From NCBI GenBank assembly GCA_964188305.1, contig OZ076895.1: 64,000 nt of DNA; one strand, given 5' to 3'. Position numbers and translations under genes: made by a program. The DNA is from Podarcis bocagei (taxonomy: Eukaryota). The notes under the pieces are model-generated. The model ran no database searches. It was not told where the DNA came from and saw only the letters and a program-made list of their open reading frames with translations. This document shows, one piece after another, positions 62,390 to 64,000 of this stretch. The stretch's first letter is position 1; every line of letters begins with the position of its first letter.

Positions 62390-64000
62390 CTTTTTTTAAA
62401 AAAAAATATTTATTAAGTTTCCAACAAATTAAGCACAACACTACAAAAAAGCCAAAAAAGAAAAAAAATACAATACAATACATAAAAAAACATAATAAAA
62501 GAAACAAACAAGACAAAACAGAACAAAACAAAAACCATTTAAAGTTTCAATTTCAACATCTCATCTCTTTCCCTTATTTCCTCGACCTCCTCACACCTCC
62601 CTTTTTGTGTTCCACTTCTGTTAATTGTTTCAGCAATTCCTTTCCATCTTCCTGTTTTCTATCCTATAATTGTCTTAACGCATTCTAACCATATTTTTCC
62701 CTTTAAAGCTCAATTAATCTATTTATACTTAATTCCAATTCCTATCCATCTTCGCCTATTTTCTATCCTATAATTATCTTAACACATTTTAACCTTATTT
62801 TCCTTTAATACTCTATTAATCTATTTATACTTAATTCCTTATAACATTTCTACTGAAGCCATCTAACTTCATTCCAACGTTCTTCTAACATTCATTAATT
62901 TTACAATATTTCTATAAATAATCTTTAAACTTTTCCCAGTCTTCTTCCACCGACTCTTCTCCCTGGTCTCGGATCTTGCCAGTCTTTTCCGCCAATTCTA
63001 CCTAGTCCATCAACTTCATCTGCCATTATCCAACACTTCTGTACTTCCAGGAGACAACCATTCTCTCAGCCAGCAAAGAGCAGATGATTCACAACAAATT
63101 TTAAGGGTCTGGCAGGGCAGGTCCACCTCCTTCTTTAGCATCCGTCAATATCTTAAGTTTTACTCGAGGCTTCCTGCCCTGCCAAACAACTCCAAAAACA
63201 TCCCTCTGCCACCTCCTGATACAATCCATCCCATCCAAAACTTGCACTGTTTGAAAAGAAAGCAACATCCCCGGCATCACAGCAACCCTCATCCCCACCA
63301 CAACAACTCGGCCCAACAATAGCAACTTCAGATTTGTCCATATTTCCCAATCCCCCTTCTCTTCAATCCAACGTCCTTCACAGTTACCCTTAAATAAATT
63401 CACATTTTTGGCAGTCATACTGGCCCCCAAAAACCTCTCTTTCTCAACCGATGTTAGTCCAGTCTCCTCCTGAAGCTCTGTCAGGCTTTCCTTTCCCAAT
63501 TCAGGTAGGGCTCTGGTCCTCAAATTCTTCTGTTTTCCTTTAAGTTCCATCATAACAGATGTCACATCGAATTGCCTTTGAATGGGTGGGGCTCTTTCAC
63601 ACTCCAGTTGTATTATTTTACATTCAGCAGCAAGGGTTTTCTCCCTGACTTCATCTGCAGTTTGCCATGTCGACCTAAATTCCTGTATCGATCTCTGGAT
63701 GGTTTCTGTGTTAGTGTTCACCTTTTGTCCCAGATTGTCTATTTTCCTGTGAAGCTGTTCCAACGAATCATTTATTTTCACTAAAGCGACCACTAAGGCC
63801 TCTTCTGTCGACATTTCACCTGTTTTTTTCCTTTCCATTTACCATAACACTTGAGAAATTCAAGGTCAATTTCAGAGTCTCACAGTTCTTATCTTGCAGC
63901 TGGAAATCCCCCTAGCCGAGCTCTTATAAAGTAACCAATTTCAGAGATTTCCACTAGAAGGGAACAATGTCCCCTTTAAACACAACTCATACAATCCAAA
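62390..64000 (-). mobile_element. Internally deleted (non-autonomous) L1 with fused ORF1/ORF2 frame 63838-63101
   Basis: ORF1-like coiled coil + KQKNLRxRALPE; ORF2 post-RT motif FQTV..WQRD..VWQGRKPRVKLKILTDAKEGGG.ALPD; ORF2 C-terminal ELAEKTGKIRD..DWEKFKDYL near 63025-62900; AATAAA and A-tail near 62390-62415. Confidence 0.85.

Overview
Eukaryotic (vertebrate) genomic DNA, most likely a squamate reptile (lizard), judged from Sauria SINEs and lizard-type CR1/L2/L1 elements and hAT/Tc1-mariner MITEs. Main host feature: a minus-strand cadherin-related gene of the CDHR3/CDHR4 type, reconstructed by hand as 17 coding exons (ATG 42308 down to 12649; 2304 nt = 768 codons, no stops, all intron phases compatible). 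It encodes a signal peptide plus 7 EC repeats, with an apparent tandem duplication of a 5-exon, 2-domain module, one GC-AG intron and a candidate 24-nt microexon. Its transmembrane/cytoplasmic exons were not found in the window. Bases 1-5729 are a nested stack: an L1 3' end, a defective gamma-like (class I) endogenous retrovirus and a CR1 fragment abutting its LTR. The ERV has scrambled pol, about 1 kb of unexplained coding-like sequence between pol and env, an internally deleted env, a PPT and a 3' LTR. The rest is intron/intergenic DNA with three near-identical young CR1 copies, L2 pieces, four Sauria SINEs, many MITEs with clean TSDs and an internally deleted L1 with a fused ORF1-ORF2 frame at the right edge. 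No rRNA, tRNA or CRISPR features were seen. Most ORF-track entries are spurious.
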